A stretch of DNA of 64,000 nucleotides from a bacterium (GTDB lineage: Bacteria; UBA8248), in NCBI GenBank assembly GCA_965261085.1, contig OZ253442.1:4128001-4192000 (forward strand), in the 5' to 3' direction. The position numbers and the translations under genes were made by a program. The notes beneath the pieces are model-generated. The model did no database searches. It had not been told where the DNA came from and saw only the letters and a list, made by a program, of their open reading frames with translations. Below are positions 37,632 to 48,156 of the stretch, piece after piece. Position 1 is the first letter of the stretch. Every line of letters begins with the position of its first letter.

Positions 37632-37769
37632 ATGCGTCGAATCACGGCGATTATCAAGCCCGAAGACGTCGGGAGAGCACCAACCGGGTGCGGCGGCGAT
37701 GATGAAATTTCCATCCACGCGGCGGAAGACGGCATTCGAACCGGCGAGCGCGCGAGGCCGCCGTCTTAA
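37632..37769 (+). pseudogene. glnK: Internally deleted P-II (glnK/glnB-like) remnant, 45 codons
   Basis: GGAG SD; MRRITAIIKP matches the PII N-terminus, TGCGGDDEISI...IRTGE matches the PII C-terminus; directly upstream of amtB. Confidence 0.7.
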
Positions 37770-37829
37770 ATCTGAATCAAAACATTTTTTCGATTCATTA
37801 CCCGATGCACTTAAAGGGAGGTTCAAGAA

Positions 37830-39119
37830 ATGAAACGCTTTTTGTTGGTCCTTTGGGCCACGGCGCTCACCCTGGCTCCGGGGGTCGCATTCGCGGCACA
37901 GGCCCAAAAGCTCGATACCGGGAACACCGCCTGGATTCTGACGTCGACCGCTCTCGTCCTTTTCATGACGCTTCCGGGCCTCTCGCTGTTCTACGGCGGC
38001 CTCGTACGCGCGAAAAATGTTCTCTCGGTGCTGATGCAGTGCTTCACCATCGCCTGCGCCGTTTCCATCGTCTGGCTCGTCGTCGGCTACAGCCTGGTGT
38101 TCGAGGCCGGCAACGCCTTCATCGGCGGACTGGGCAAGGCGTTTTTCGCGGGCGTGGGCGTGGATTCGCTCTCGGGCAACATTCCCGAGACGGTCTTCGC
38201 CATGTTCCAGCTTACCTTCGCCATCATAACGCCCGCGCTGATCGTGGGCAGCTTCGCCGAGCGGATGCGCTTCTCCGCCCTTCTGATTTTCTCCGTCGTC
38301 TGGGTCGTGGTCGTCTACGCCCCCGTGGCCCACTGGGTGTGGGGCGGGGGATGGCTCGGCGCGATGGGCGCGCTCGATTTCGCGGGCGGCACCGTGGTGC
38401 ACATCAACTCAGGCATCGCTGCTCTGGTGGCCGCCATGCTGATCGGCCAGAGACACGGCTTTCCCAACACGGCCATACTGCCCCATAACCTGCCCATGGC
38501 GGTGACGGGCGCGGGCATCCTGTGGGTGGGCTGGTTCGGCTTCAACGCAGGCAGCGCGCTGGCGGCCGACGGCACGGCGGGCATGGCCATGCTCGTGACC
38601 CACATCTCCTCGGCAGCCGGCGCCCTCGCGTGGATGTGCGCCGAATGGATAAAACACGGAAAAGCGAGCGTACTCGGCATCGCCACGGGCATGGTGGCGG
38701 GCCTCGTCGGCATCACGCCAGCATCGGGCTTCGTGGGGCCGATGGGCGCGCTGCTGCTCGGCGCGATAGCGGGCCTGGGCTGCTACGCCGCCACCAACTA
38801 CATGAAGCAGGTGCTTAAGATAGACGACTCACTCGACGTGTTCACCGTGCACGGCGTCGGCGGTATCATCGGCGCGATACTCACCGGCGTATTCGCCGCC
38901 AAGGGATTCGGCGGCGTCGGCTTCGCCGATGGCGTCAGCATGGGCGGGCAGGTCTGGGTTCAGATAATCAGCGTCGTCGCCACGCTCGTCTATTCGGGCG
39001 TCGTCTCCTTCATCCTGCTCAAAATCGTGGACGCCATGGTGGGCTTGAGGGCCGACGCCAACGAGGAATCGGGCGGTCTCGACCTCACGATGCACAACGA
39101 ATCGGCCTACGAACGCTAG
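37830..39119 (+). CDS. amtB: Ammonium transporter
   Basis: FMTLPGLSLFYGG, FQLTFAIITPAL, DFAGGTVVHI, GWFGFNAGS, DDSLDVFTVHG. Confidence 0.96.
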   Translation: MKRFLLVLWATALTLAPGVAFAAQAQKLDTGNTAWILTSTALVLFMTLPGLSLFYGGLVRAKNVLSVLMQCFTIACAVSIVWLVVGYSLVFEAGNAFIGGLGKAFFAGVGVDSLSGNIPETVFAMFQLTFAIITPALIVGSFAERMRFSALLIFSVVWVVVVYAPVAHWVWGGGWLGAMGALDFAGGTVVHINSGIAALVAAMLIGQRHGFPNTAILPHNLPMAVTGAGILWVGWFGFNAGSALAADGTAGMAMLVTHISSAAGALAWMCAEWIKHGKASVLGIATGMVAGLVGITPASGFVGPMGALLLGAIAGLGCYAATNYMKQVLKIDDSLDVFTVHGVGGIIGAILTGVFAAKGFGGVGFADGVSMGGQVWVQIISVVATLVYSGVVSFILLKIVDAMVGLRADANEESGGLDLTMHNESAYER

Positions 39120-39128
39120 GCCGTACAC

Positions 39129-39159
39129 AAAAAGACCCCGGGGCTAAGTCCCCGGGGTC
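39129..39159. terminator. Intrinsic terminator between convergent amtB and cyclase genes
   Basis: A5 + GACCCCGGGG/CCCCGGGGTC perfect 10-bp stem. Confidence 0.7.
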
Positions 39160-39278
39160 GCGCGTTCCCGTGAACGTGCAACTTCCCCGAGAGGGGGAGG
39201 CGCGAAAAACCCTCTACGGAATTCCGATTGAAAAGATGATTCCCGGCGGCGGCCAGAAGCCGCATCAGAAGCCTCGGC

Positions 39279-41126
39279 TTATGACGCTGCGGCGGACCCC
39301 CTGATTCGCTCGAAATACGCCTTGGCGTCATCGGGCAGGGAGGTGAAGCGCAGCATCAGCCGTTTCCCGTCCGCCTCCACGACTTTCGCGTAGATATCGG
39401 AAACCTCCGCTTCTTCCGCCACCCGCAGCATCAGGTTCGCGTTCCTCTCAAAGGGGGCTTTCGCCTCCACGTCCATACAGTTCTCTGATGCGCGCTTGAT
39501 TGCCGCGCCCACCGCTTCATCCGACACCGTCTTGCCCTCGACAGCGAACATCCGCACCTCGATCGGCGAGACGAGCTCCACGAACGCCTCGGGCGCGGCT
39601 TCGGGCATCTCGCACGCATAAGGCCCCGACATGCCCCGCACCTCGTATACGCGAACCGGCTCATCCAGCCCCTTGAAACGCAGGTCCTGCGTCTCACCCA
39701 CCTGAACGAATTCCGCCGTCTTGGCGTGCGTCTCGGGACTGATGAGCACCTGCCCGCTCACGGTGTGGGACTCGATGCGGTAGGCCATGTTGATGGCCGT
39801 GCCCATTGCGCCGTACTTGGTGCGCTTCTCCGAACCGATGTTGCCGACGATCACCTCGCCCGTGTTGATGCCGACGCCCATGTGAAGCTCGGCCATGCCG
39901 TGCGCGCCCTGCTCTTCGTTTATCTTTACCAGCGCGCGCTGCATCTCCACGGCGCAGGTCACCGCCCGGGCCGGGTCGTCGGGGGCGGCGAGCGGCGCTC
40001 CGAAAAACGCGAGAATCCCGTCGCCCTGGAACTCGTCCACCGTGCCTTTGTACTTGGTGATGATATCCACCATCGGCTCGAGGAAGCGGTTCACCACCTC
40101 GATGACCTCCGCAGGCGCAAGGCGCGAGGAAAGCGCGGTGAACCCCCTGAGATCCGAAACGAGAAACGTCACCTCGCGCACCTCGCCGCCGAGCTTCAGG
40201 CCATCGGGCGAGTTCAAGAGTTCATCCACTATCTCCTCGCTGATGTAGCGCCCGAAGGTGTCGCGGATGAAATCGCGCTGCTTCAAGCCCTCGATCATGC
40301 CCTCGAAAGAGGTGGCCAGACGGCCCACCTCGTCGTGGCTCCTCTTCGCGGGAAGCGTGACGTCGAGGTTCCCCTGGCTCACTTCTTCCGCCGCGGACGT
40401 CAAGTTTCTGAGCAGGCGCAGCATTCTCGTTGAAGCCACCCAGAAGAGGATGAGGCCCAGGGCGATCAGGATGATCGTGAAGCGGAGCAGTTTGAAGGTG
40501 TTCGTCGCCACCTGTTCGGCCACGAGGTTCGCGACCTTGTTGAGCACCAGGATGGCCACCACCTTGCCGTTCAGCTTGAGCGGCGTGTTGAGTTGTAAGA
40601 ACTTGTCGAACTCGCGGTCCCCCACCTTTCCGCCAAAGAGCCGGGAGCGCATCATCTCGCCTTTGTTCCAGGTATCGTTCGTGGCCTTGTAGGTGGCCGG
40701 AAAAAGCCGGTGGATGTGGGCGTCTTGGCCGATTGCGAACCCGTCGTGCCCGGCGGCGACGTATTCGTAGCTGCCGTTCGGCCGTCTGCGCATGATGATG
40801 GCGTTATCCACGCCTGAGTTTTTCCTGATGCGCCGAAGCGCGGCGAGTACTTCCCTGTACTCGACGGTATTCTTGTCGCTCGGTAGTCTCAGGCTGTGAA
40901 CGGCTTCCGCGTCTATCAGAACGGCACCGCGCTCGGCGATGAACTCGAGCTTGGCCGACAGTACGTTGAGTTCGTAATTGTAGCTCGACTGATAGTACCT
41001 GTAGGACATCGGAACGATAGCGACGATGAGAATAATCAAGACAAGGATAAGGCTCTTGAAGACGATCGAACAGTAAAAACGCTGCTTTGCCTGGGTGCTC
41101 GACTCGGGATTGCTGGATTGGGACAT
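39279..41126 (-). CDS. Membrane adenylate/guanylate cyclase (sensor-HAMP-class III cyclase, PilZ-like tail)
   Basis: Two TM segments, DEVGRLATSF HAMP, SDLRGFT, FQGDGILAFFGAP, GINTGEVIVGNIG. Confidence 0.9.
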   Translation of the reverse strand: MSQSSNPESSTQAKQRFYCSIVFKSLILVLIILIVAIVPMSYRYYQSSYNYELNVLSAKLEFIAERGAVLIDAEAVHSLRLPSDKNTVEYREVLAALRRIRKNSGVDNAIIMRRRPNGSYEYVAAGHDGFAIGQDAHIHRLFPATYKATNDTWNKGEMMRSRLFGGKVGDREFDKFLQLNTPLKLNGKVVAILVLNKVANLVAEQVATNTFKLLRFTIILIALGLILFWVASTRMLRLLRNLTSAAEEVSQGNLDVTLPAKRSHDEVGRLATSFEGMIEGLKQRDFIRDTFGRYISEEIVDELLNSPDGLKLGGEVREVTFLVSDLRGFTALSSRLAPAEVIEVVNRFLEPMVDIITKYKGTVDEFQGDGILAFFGAPLAAPDDPARAVTCAVEMQRALVKINEEQGAHGMAELHMGVGINTGEVIVGNIGSEKRTKYGAMGTAINMAYRIESHTVSGQVLISPETHAKTAEFVQVGETQDLRFKGLDEPVRVYEVRGMSGPYACEMPEAAPEAFVELVSPIEVRMFAVEGKTVSDEAVGAAIKRASENCMDVEAKAPFERNANLMLRVAEEAEVSDIYAKVVEADGKRLMLRFTSLPDDAKAYFERIRGSAAAS

Positions 41127-41268
41127 CTCGCGTCTCCGGGGCGGCTCCTCAGGCCAGTATACACCAGCGGCGCGGGAGGAAAAGCCGAAAACGAGGAGGA
41201 TATCCACCTCTGGAAACAGGCGGCGAGGCGGCGCTCCTCACCGTTCCAAGACGCCGCAGAAGACCGTC

Positions 41269-42279
41269 TTACGTCGTCCGCTTTTTCCCCACGTAGTCGA
41301 GCAGCACCGCCAGGATGATGATCCCGCCGACGGCCAGCAGTTGCCAGTCGGCGGCGATGCCCAGCAGGTTCAGCCCGTTCCTGATACACGCGATGATGAG
41401 CGTGCCGATGACGGTGCCGATGACGCGCCCCTCGCCGCCCAGCAGCGAGGCGCCGCCGATGACGACCGCGGCGATCACGTCCATCAGGTCGAACATGCCC
41501 ATGATGGCCTGTGCGGCCATGAGGCGTGAGGCCATCACCACGCCCGCGAGCGCGCCGCAAAAGCCGCTGAAGACGAGCACGAACAGCTTGACGGCGAAGA
41601 CGTTCACGCCGGCGACGCGGGCGGCCTCCTTGTTGCCGCCGACGGCGTAGATGTTCGTGCCCAAAACGGTGCGCGAGAGGATGAGGTGCGCGGCCAGAAA
41701 GACGACGGCCATGATGACGGCGGCCATGGGAAACGGACCCAAGTAGCCCTGCCCCACCACGCTGAACGCCTCGGGCAGGCCGTAGATGGACTGCTCGCCG
41801 GTGAGGATGAGCGCGCCGCCGCGCGCGAGGCTGTCCATCGCCAGCGTGAGGATGAAGGCGGGAATCGCGAACCAGCCCACGAACACCCCGCTGACCCCGC
41901 CCAAAATCACTCCAAGAAGCAGGGCGGCGAGCACCGCCGGGACGATGGGCACGCCGTAGTTTTTAAGCAGCAGGGCGACGACCACCGCGCCCATCGACTG
42001 GATGGAGGCCACCGAGAGGTCGATCTCCGCGCAGATGATGACGAGCGTGAGGCCCGCCGCCATGATGCCGATGTTGGCAGACTGGAGCAGGATGTTCATC
42101 ATGTTCGAGACGGTGAAGAAGTTCTCCGCCGTGATGGAGAGAAAGACGACCAACAAGATGAGCGCCAGGATAAGGCCGTACTTGGAAAAGCCCGACGCGA
42201 TGAGAGAGGAGATGCTGTATCCCCCGCTCGCACCGGCGACGGGGCCTCGCCCGCTATCCGATTTCACCTCATTGCTCAT
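41269..42279 (-). CDS. Monosaccharide ABC transporter permease
   Basis: IDLSV, IPAFILTL, YAVGGNKEAARVAGV, IAAVVIGGASLLGG. Confidence 0.92.
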   Translation of the reverse strand: MSNEVKSDSGRGPVAGASGGYSISSLIASGFSKYGLILALILLVVFLSITAENFFTVSNMMNILLQSANIGIMAAGLTLVIICAEIDLSVASIQSMGAVVVALLLKNYGVPIVPAVLAALLLGVILGGVSGVFVGWFAIPAFILTLAMDSLARGGALILTGEQSIYGLPEAFSVVGQGYLGPFPMAAVIMAVVFLAAHLILSRTVLGTNIYAVGGNKEAARVAGVNVFAVKLFVLVFSGFCGALAGVVMASRLMAAQAIMGMFDLMDVIAAVVIGGASLLGGEGRVIGTVIGTLIIACIRNGLNLLGIAADWQLLAVGGIIILAVLLDYVGKKRTT

Positions 42280-42304
42280 CGTCCCCTCCGTTACCGCACG
42301 CTTC

Positions 42305-43891
42305 TTACGCCGCTGTGCTCGTCGCGTAGCGCATGATGGTCTCGGCGTCGGCGTCTTCTCTTAGAACCTCACCGGTGATGCGGCCTTCGTTCATCACGAT
42401 GATCCGGTTGCAGATCGCCGTGACCTCGGGCAGTTCCGAGGATATCACGATAATCGCCACCCCGAGTTGGGCCAGTTCCTCGAGTATGCGGTAGATCTCC
42501 ACCTTGGCGCCCGCGTCGACGCCCTTGGTCGGCTCATCCAGGATGACGATGCGCGCGCCCGTGGATATTCCCCGCGCGAGCAGCACCTTCTGCTGGTTCC
42601 CGCCGCTTAACTGCGCGATCTGATCCGTCAAGGAGGCGACCTTAATGCTCAGCCTCTCCACGTAGTCGCGCGAGAGGCTGTCCGCGCCCGAGCCGTTGAT
42701 GCAGCCGAGCAAGCGCGTGAGCTTTCGAGAGCGGCTTTCCCGACCGAAGTTAAACAGGGTGATCAGCAGATTCTCCAGCACCGAGAGGAGCGGGAAAACG
42801 CCCTGGTTCTTGCGATCCTCGGTCAGGAAGGAAAGCCCGTGGCGTATGGCGTCGCGGGGTTTTCGTATCCTCACCCTATTACCGTCGATGAACACCTCAC
42901 CGGCATCGGGCAGCTCTAAGCCGAAGAGCGCGCGGAACAAATCCGTCCGCCCCGCGCCGACGAGGCCTGCAAAACCGAGGATCTCACCCTGCCTGACGCG
43001 GAAACTCACGTCGCTGAACACCCCTGTTCTCGTGAAATTCCTGACTTCCAGAACTTCCTCGCCTATCTTGCCCGAAATCCTGGGGTAGCGCTCGCTGAAG
43101 GTGCGCCCCGTCATCATGCGGATCAAGGTGTCGATGCCGGTGTTTTCCGCGCCGATGGTCCCGACGTGGCGTCCGTCGCGCAGGACAGAGATGCGATCTC
43201 CGATAGCGAGGCAATCCTCCAGGGTGTGGGAGACGTAGACCACCCCGATGCCGCGCGCTGTCAAGCGTTCGATGACGCTAAAGAGCGCTTCCTTCTCCCC
43301 GGGACCCAGGGACGAGGTGGGCTCGTCCATCAGGATGACTTTCGCATCGAAGGCCACCGCTTTGGCGATCTCGAGAAACTGCATGTCCGACAGACTCAGA
43401 GCCAACACCCCGGCGTTCGGGTCGATATCTATACCGAGTTCGGTGAATATCTCGCGGCAGCGCCGTTCCATCGCCACCTCATCCCGCACGCCCAACCGTC
43501 CGAGCAGCCGGTTCCGCACTCTCAAATCGCGGCCCAGGAAGAGATTGCTCTTCACGTCCATCAGCCGCACGAGGCTCAACTCCTGATGGATCACGCTGAT
43601 CCCGAGCTCCCGCGTGAGCGCGGGGGAGCACTTCCCGACGGTGTGGCCTTCGAACACCATCTCTCCGGTATCTTTTTCGACGACGCCCGAGATGATCTTG
43701 ATGAGGGTCGACTTGCCGGCGCCGTTTTCGCCCAGGAGCACGTGGACCTCACCGGGCCGCACGCTGAAATCCACGTCATCGAGCGCCACGACGCCCGGAA
43801 ACTCCTTGCCGACCCCGCGCATGTCGAGAATGAGGCGCTCGGCCGCGTCCTCGGGGTGAGATTCGGATGGATTGGAGGGGGATGACGTCAT
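42305..43891 (-). CDS. Monosaccharide ABC transporter ATP-binding protein (two NBDs)
   Basis: GENGAGKST, MDEPT, GLVGAGRT, LSGGNQQKV, LDEPTKGVD. Confidence 0.93.
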   Translation of the reverse strand: MTSSPSNPSESHPEDAAERLILDMRGVGKEFPGVVALDDVDFSVRPGEVHVLLGENGAGKSTLIKIISGVVEKDTGEMVFEGHTVGKCSPALTRELGISVIHQELSLVRLMDVKSNLFLGRDLRVRNRLLGRLGVRDEVAMERRCREIFTELGIDIDPNAGVLALSLSDMQFLEIAKAVAFDAKVILMDEPTSSLGPGEKEALFSVIERLTARGIGVVYVSHTLEDCLAIGDRISVLRDGRHVGTIGAENTGIDTLIRMMTGRTFSERYPRISGKIGEEVLEVRNFTRTGVFSDVSFRVRQGEILGFAGLVGAGRTDLFRALFGLELPDAGEVFIDGNRVRIRKPRDAIRHGLSFLTEDRKNQGVFPLLSVLENLLITLFNFGRESRSRKLTRLLGCINGSGADSLSRDYVERLSIKVASLTDQIAQLSGGNQQKVLLARGISTGARIVILDEPTKGVDAGAKVEIYRILEELAQLGVAIIVISSELPEVTAICNRIIVMNEGRITGEVLREDADAETIMRYATSTAA

Positions 43892-43984
43892 GGGCGAGTT
43901 CTTTCAGTCAGGTCGGTAAGGCGATGCAAGCGGCCGCCGCGTTCGCTTCGATCTCTAGCGCGAAAATCCTCCCCAGGCTCGGCG

Positions 43985-45190
43985 CTATATCTCGAGCGGC
44001 TCCCTCGGGAAGGACGTAAAGGAGACGCCGCCTTCTTTCGTGACGTGCACCATGTCCTCGTTGCCGAACAAATAGGTGTTGTCGACGGCGATTCGCGGCT
44101 CCACCGCGAGCACCATGTTCTCCTCGAGCGGCAACTCCTCGATTCCCATGTCCGGGCGCTCGTGGATGTCCCACCCCAGGCCGTGGCCCAGGAACCTGTC
44201 CCACAAATCGAACCCGGCGTCGCGGGCCATCGCCTCGGCCATGTCGACGAGCCTGCTGGCCAGGATTCCCGGCTTCGCCTTCTCGATGACCGTCCGCTGA
44301 ATTTCCAGAATCGCCTCATAAGCGCGCCGGTGGGTATCCGTCACTTGGCCCATGGCGCGGGTGCGCGAGGAGTCGACCGGATAGCCCTCAAACCTCATGC
44401 AGATGTCCCAGTGCACGACGTTGCCGCGCTCGATGGCATTGGCCGGGCTGGGCATGTGCAACAGCGCGCCCGCCACCGGATAGCCGCTGCAAATCAGGCT
44501 CGGCGAAGAGCTGCACGAATCCTCATAAATCGGGTCGGCGGAGCGCATCGCGTGCTCGGCGGCGCGGATGAGTTCCAGTTCGGTCGTGCCGACGCCCTCC
44601 GCACCCAGGATGGCGACGACGGTCTCGTGGCCCAAGTCCGCCACGCGGCCCGCCTTGCGCATCATCTCGAGATCAAAATCGCTCTTCACCATCCGGAGTT
44701 CCTCCACGATGGTCGAGCGTTCGATTTCGAGATCCGGGAACGTCTCCCTCATCCCGGCGTAGAGCGGGGCCGGAAACTTATCGAACGTCTCGATACCGAC
44801 GCGACGCACGTTCCCTGCGTCGAGAATCAGCATCTCCAGGTTCTCGACGGACAGCCCATCGCCCTTTTTCGCCGAAAACCCCTCCCCGGCCACGATGCGC
44901 GGGACGCAGACTTCGCGCGTCGGCATGAGGCCCGGATCGACCATGAGCGCAGGATCGTCCTTTTGCGTGATGAAGACCGCGCCCCCGTCTACGATGGCGG
45001 TCTCCGTGGGCGTGAGGCTTATCCAGCCCGCCCGGTCGGGAAAGTAATCGGTGAGATAGCGCAGGCTGCCGGAGAGCTTGTTGTTGCCGTACACGATGAG
45101 GGCGTCGTATTCACGCTCCGCCATCATCTGCCGGGTCTTCGCCAGCCGCCTGTCGATTTCGGCCTGAAGCACGTCGCGTGGAATGGGCAT
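43985..45190 (-). CDS. M24 family (Xaa-Pro peptidase/creatinase-like) hydrolase
   Basis: LRMVKS, D...DSSRT, GHGLG..IHE, VEP, ED ligands. Confidence 0.85.
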   Translation of the reverse strand: MPIPRDVLQAEIDRRLAKTRQMMAEREYDALIVYGNNKLSGSLRYLTDYFPDRAGWISLTPTETAIVDGGAVFITQKDDPALMVDPGLMPTREVCVPRIVAGEGFSAKKGDGLSVENLEMLILDAGNVRRVGIETFDKFPAPLYAGMRETFPDLEIERSTIVEELRMVKSDFDLEMMRKAGRVADLGHETVVAILGAEGVGTTELELIRAAEHAMRSADPIYEDSCSSSPSLICSGYPVAGALLHMPSPANAIERGNVVHWDICMRFEGYPVDSSRTRAMGQVTDTHRRAYEAILEIQRTVIEKAKPGILASRLVDMAEAMARDAGFDLWDRFLGHGLGWDIHERPDMGIEELPLEENMVLAVEPRIAVDNTYLFGNEDMVHVTKEGGVSFTSFPREPLEI

Positions 45191-45273
45191 GTGCGTCCCC
45201 TTAGGCGAGCGGACGCGCGCAGAGACGGGGAATCAATACCCCGCCTCCGCCGCGCGGCCTCGCGCGTGATTTC

Positions 45274-46230
45274 CTACTTGACCCCGGCTTTTAAGCTCTT
45301 ACCGACCGCCTGGAGCAGCTTCGTCTCGAGCGGAATCGTTCCGGTGTCGATCGTGTACTTGGATTTATCGTCCCGGTCCATCGCCACGTCGACCCCCGTG
45401 CGGACGAGTTGCTTGCCGACGGAATCACAAAAAGTCAGCACGGTCGCCAGCATGTTTCCGCGATAGACTTCCTGCACCGCCTCCTCGACGCCGTTAAAGC
45501 CCGTGACGATGATCTTGCCCAGCTTGCCGCGCGCCTTGACGGCCTGCAGCGCGCCAAGGGCCATGTCGTCGTTCACGGCGATGATGGCCGAGATATCCGG
45601 ATGCGCCGTCAGGATGTCCTCCGCCTTCTTGAGTCCCTGTGCGCGATCCCAGTTGGCCGCCCAGGTGCCGACCACCTTGATGCCCTTGTACTTGGCCAGC
45701 GTGTCTTTCGCGCCCCTTTTCCGCAGGATGCTGGACATGTTGCCCGGCACGCCTTCCATGAGCGCGACCTTGCCCTTGCCGCCCAATTCCTCGGCGGCGG
45801 CCCTGGCGACCGCGGACTGCCCGTAATACTGATCCGGACCGACGAAATGCCGCGCCACCTTCTTCGCCAGATCGTCGGAATGAATCAGCACGCGGATGCC
45901 GCTTTTCTGCACCTTCTTGACCGTCTGCACCATCGCGTTCGGGTCGATGGCGCTGAAGGCGAGGACGTGCACGCGCTTCTGGATCATGTCGTCGATCATC
46001 TTGGTCACGCCGATGAGGTCGGTGCCCAGGGCGCCGCTCAATACCGTGAGCTTGACGTTGGGATGCTTCTTGGCTTCCGCCTCGGCGGAGCGTTTGAGAC
46101 ACGCGAAGTAGGGGTTCCCCAGTGTTTCCACCACGATGCCGATCTTGATGTCCTTCGCGAACGCGGGCGACGTGAACCCGGCGAACGCGACTGCCACTGC
46201 TACGATAACGATGCCGATCATGCGCTTCAT
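45274..46230 (-). CDS. Sugar ABC transporter substrate-binding protein
   Basis: Signal peptide ending AFA, LGNPYF, ANWDR, NDDMALGA. Confidence 0.9.
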   Translation of the reverse strand: MKRMIGIVIVAVAVAFAGFTSPAFAKDIKIGIVVETLGNPYFACLKRSAEAEAKKHPNVKLTVLSGALGTDLIGVTKMIDDMIQKRVHVLAFSAIDPNAMVQTVKKVQKSGIRVLIHSDDLAKKVARHFVGPDQYYGQSAVARAAAEELGGKGKVALMEGVPGNMSSILRKRGAKDTLAKYKGIKVVGTWAANWDRAQGLKKAEDILTAHPDISAIIAVNDDMALGALQAVKARGKLGKIIVTGFNGVEEAVQEVYRGNMLATVLTFCDSVGKQLVRTGVDVAMDRDDKSKYTIDTGTIPLETKLLQAVGKSLKAGVK

Positions 46231-46383
46231 AGGCTTTCCTCCCCGGTGAGATCTATGGACCAGTGTGCAATCGTATTCTCTGAAATGTGTTGATGGGAAA
46301 ATCATCACACACAGGCTTCGGCCCGTCAAGAAAGGAGACCGGCGGCGGGCGTGGGTGGACAATCCGCCGCCGGTGGAAACTCC

Positions 46384-48129
46384 CTACTTCGGCGGAATGA
46401 TCGGCAAGAGCACGTGGGAGGGATACTCGGGGCCGGTATGGATGGTCACGTCGCCGCGGAACACCTCCGGGGGCCTGTCGACCGGATCGTTGTGCCTAAA
46501 GGGCCCCACGCCCGAGAATACGGCGGGCATGTTCGGAAGCCCCTTGGCGACGCCGCCCGGGTAGACGTAATCACAGCCGCGCACGCTGAGCGCCAGGCGG
46601 TAGCCCCTGGGCACCACGACGCAGGTGGGCCATATCTCGACGTCCAGTTCGTATATCTCGCCCGGCGTCAGGGACTGCGCCTCGTCGTGCGTGTGGTAGG
46701 GCCTATAAGGGAGCGTGCGTTTTTCATCCAGCTTCCGGTGCGAAGCCCTCAACCAGCCCTGGGCGACCGGGGTTTTGGGGTCGAGCGCCCCCTGGAAGGT
46801 GACTTCCTTGAAATCGGGCGTGAAGACTCTCAGGACGAGGAACAGATCGGCATCCTCGGTTGCTGAGGACACCCACAGCCTGGACGCCAGGGGGCCCGTG
46901 AGCTCGGTTTCCCGCTTCAGGGGAGGCGAGACGAACGTCACCCCATCGCTCAGACCCGCATAGGTGGCCGAACCCGCCTCGGCGGGCGCGGCCTCGCCGA
47001 GCAGGTGTCCCTCGCTCTGGAGAAAGAGCTTCGTCCACTGCGTGCGCGCGATGGGCCACTCATCCTCCGCGCGCTCCACGAATTTTTCCCCGGGGTGGCG
47101 CACCTGGAGCAGGACCCGAGGCTGATCCTTCCAGCCCGTGTCCTCGCCTTTTAAGAAATGGCCAAAGAATTTCTTCTGAAGCGCCACGCCGTAATCGGTG
47201 TAAAACTCCGTCCAGTGCTCGATGCCGTGGCTCTCCAGCCATTTTTCTTCTGAGGCCGCATTCATGAAGGCTTCGCAGTTGCCCCTCGGGTGAAGACCCT
47301 GGCCGCCCCAGTTGTTCGAGGAGAGAAACGGAACCTCGATTTGGGACCAGTCGGGCGTTTTCGTCTTCCAGTATTCATCATCGAGGGGATGCGCGCGCAT
47401 CTTCGCTCCCAGACGGCAGCGGTTCGCCCCGAGTTCTTCTTCGCTCAAGGTATCCGGCCCCGAGACCCAATCGCCCGTCACCCGGCTCTTGTAGCCGCGC
47501 TCACCGAGACCATGCTGTTTGGAGCACGCCCTTCGCTCATACCAGTTCTCGGTGAACGTGCAGTAGATGCCCCCGTGGTAGTTCATGTCGCGGTAGAAAT
47601 CCGCCGCCCCCTCCCAGGCGCACATGGCGGCGAGGTGCGGGGGTTTAAGGCACGCGACCTGCCACTGGTTGATGGCGTAATACGAAATGCCGTTGATGCC
47701 GACCTTCCCGTTGCTCCAGGGCTGCACCCCCGCCCACTCGATGCAATCGTAAAAATCTTTGGCCTCACGATCCGAGAAGGGGTCCATATATCCCGGCGAG
47801 CGGCCAGCGCCTCTGGAGTCCACCCGCAGGCAGACGTAGCCGTCCGGCACCCATTTCTCCGGGTCCACGACCTCCCAGTTCTGGTATTTGTTGGAGGAGC
47901 CGGCGGCGACGTCGGGGTGTTGCTCCACCATGCGGCGCCACTGCTCGGGGTAGCCGTCCTCGAAGTGGAGCCACTTTCCGTAAATCCCGTAAGTGATCAG
48001 AACGGGATAGCGGCCCTCCTCGATGGGCCGGTAGACGTCGCAGCGCAGCACGACGCCGTCATCCATTTCGATGGAAACCTCCCAGTCGATCCGCATGCCG
48101 TCCGCTATTTCTGATTTACGCCCTCTCAT
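46384..48129 (-). CDS. CocE/NonD family hydrolase
   Basis: MDDGVVLRCDVYRP, DSRGAGRS, GISYY nucleophile motif, GWLRASHR. Confidence 0.92.
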   Translation of the reverse strand: MRGRKSEIADGMRIDWEVSIEMDDGVVLRCDVYRPIEEGRYPVLITYGIYGKWLHFEDGYPEQWRRMVEQHPDVAAGSSNKYQNWEVVDPEKWVPDGYVCLRVDSRGAGRSPGYMDPFSDREAKDFYDCIEWAGVQPWSNGKVGINGISYYAINQWQVACLKPPHLAAMCAWEGAADFYRDMNYHGGIYCTFTENWYERRACSKQHGLGERGYKSRVTGDWVSGPDTLSEEELGANRCRLGAKMRAHPLDDEYWKTKTPDWSQIEVPFLSSNNWGGQGLHPRGNCEAFMNAASEEKWLESHGIEHWTEFYTDYGVALQKKFFGHFLKGEDTGWKDQPRVLLQVRHPGEKFVERAEDEWPIARTQWTKLFLQSEGHLLGEAAPAEAGSATYAGLSDGVTFVSPPLKRETELTGPLASRLWVSSATEDADLFLVLRVFTPDFKEVTFQGALDPKTPVAQGWLRASHRKLDEKRTLPYRPYHTHDEAQSLTPGEIYELDVEIWPTCVVVPRGYRLALSVRGCDYVYPGGVAKGLPNMPAVFSGVGPFRHNDPVDRPPEVFRGDVTIHTGPEYPSHVLLPIIPPK

Positions 48130-48156
48130 CGCACACCTCTCGTCTTTTGTCGGGAA

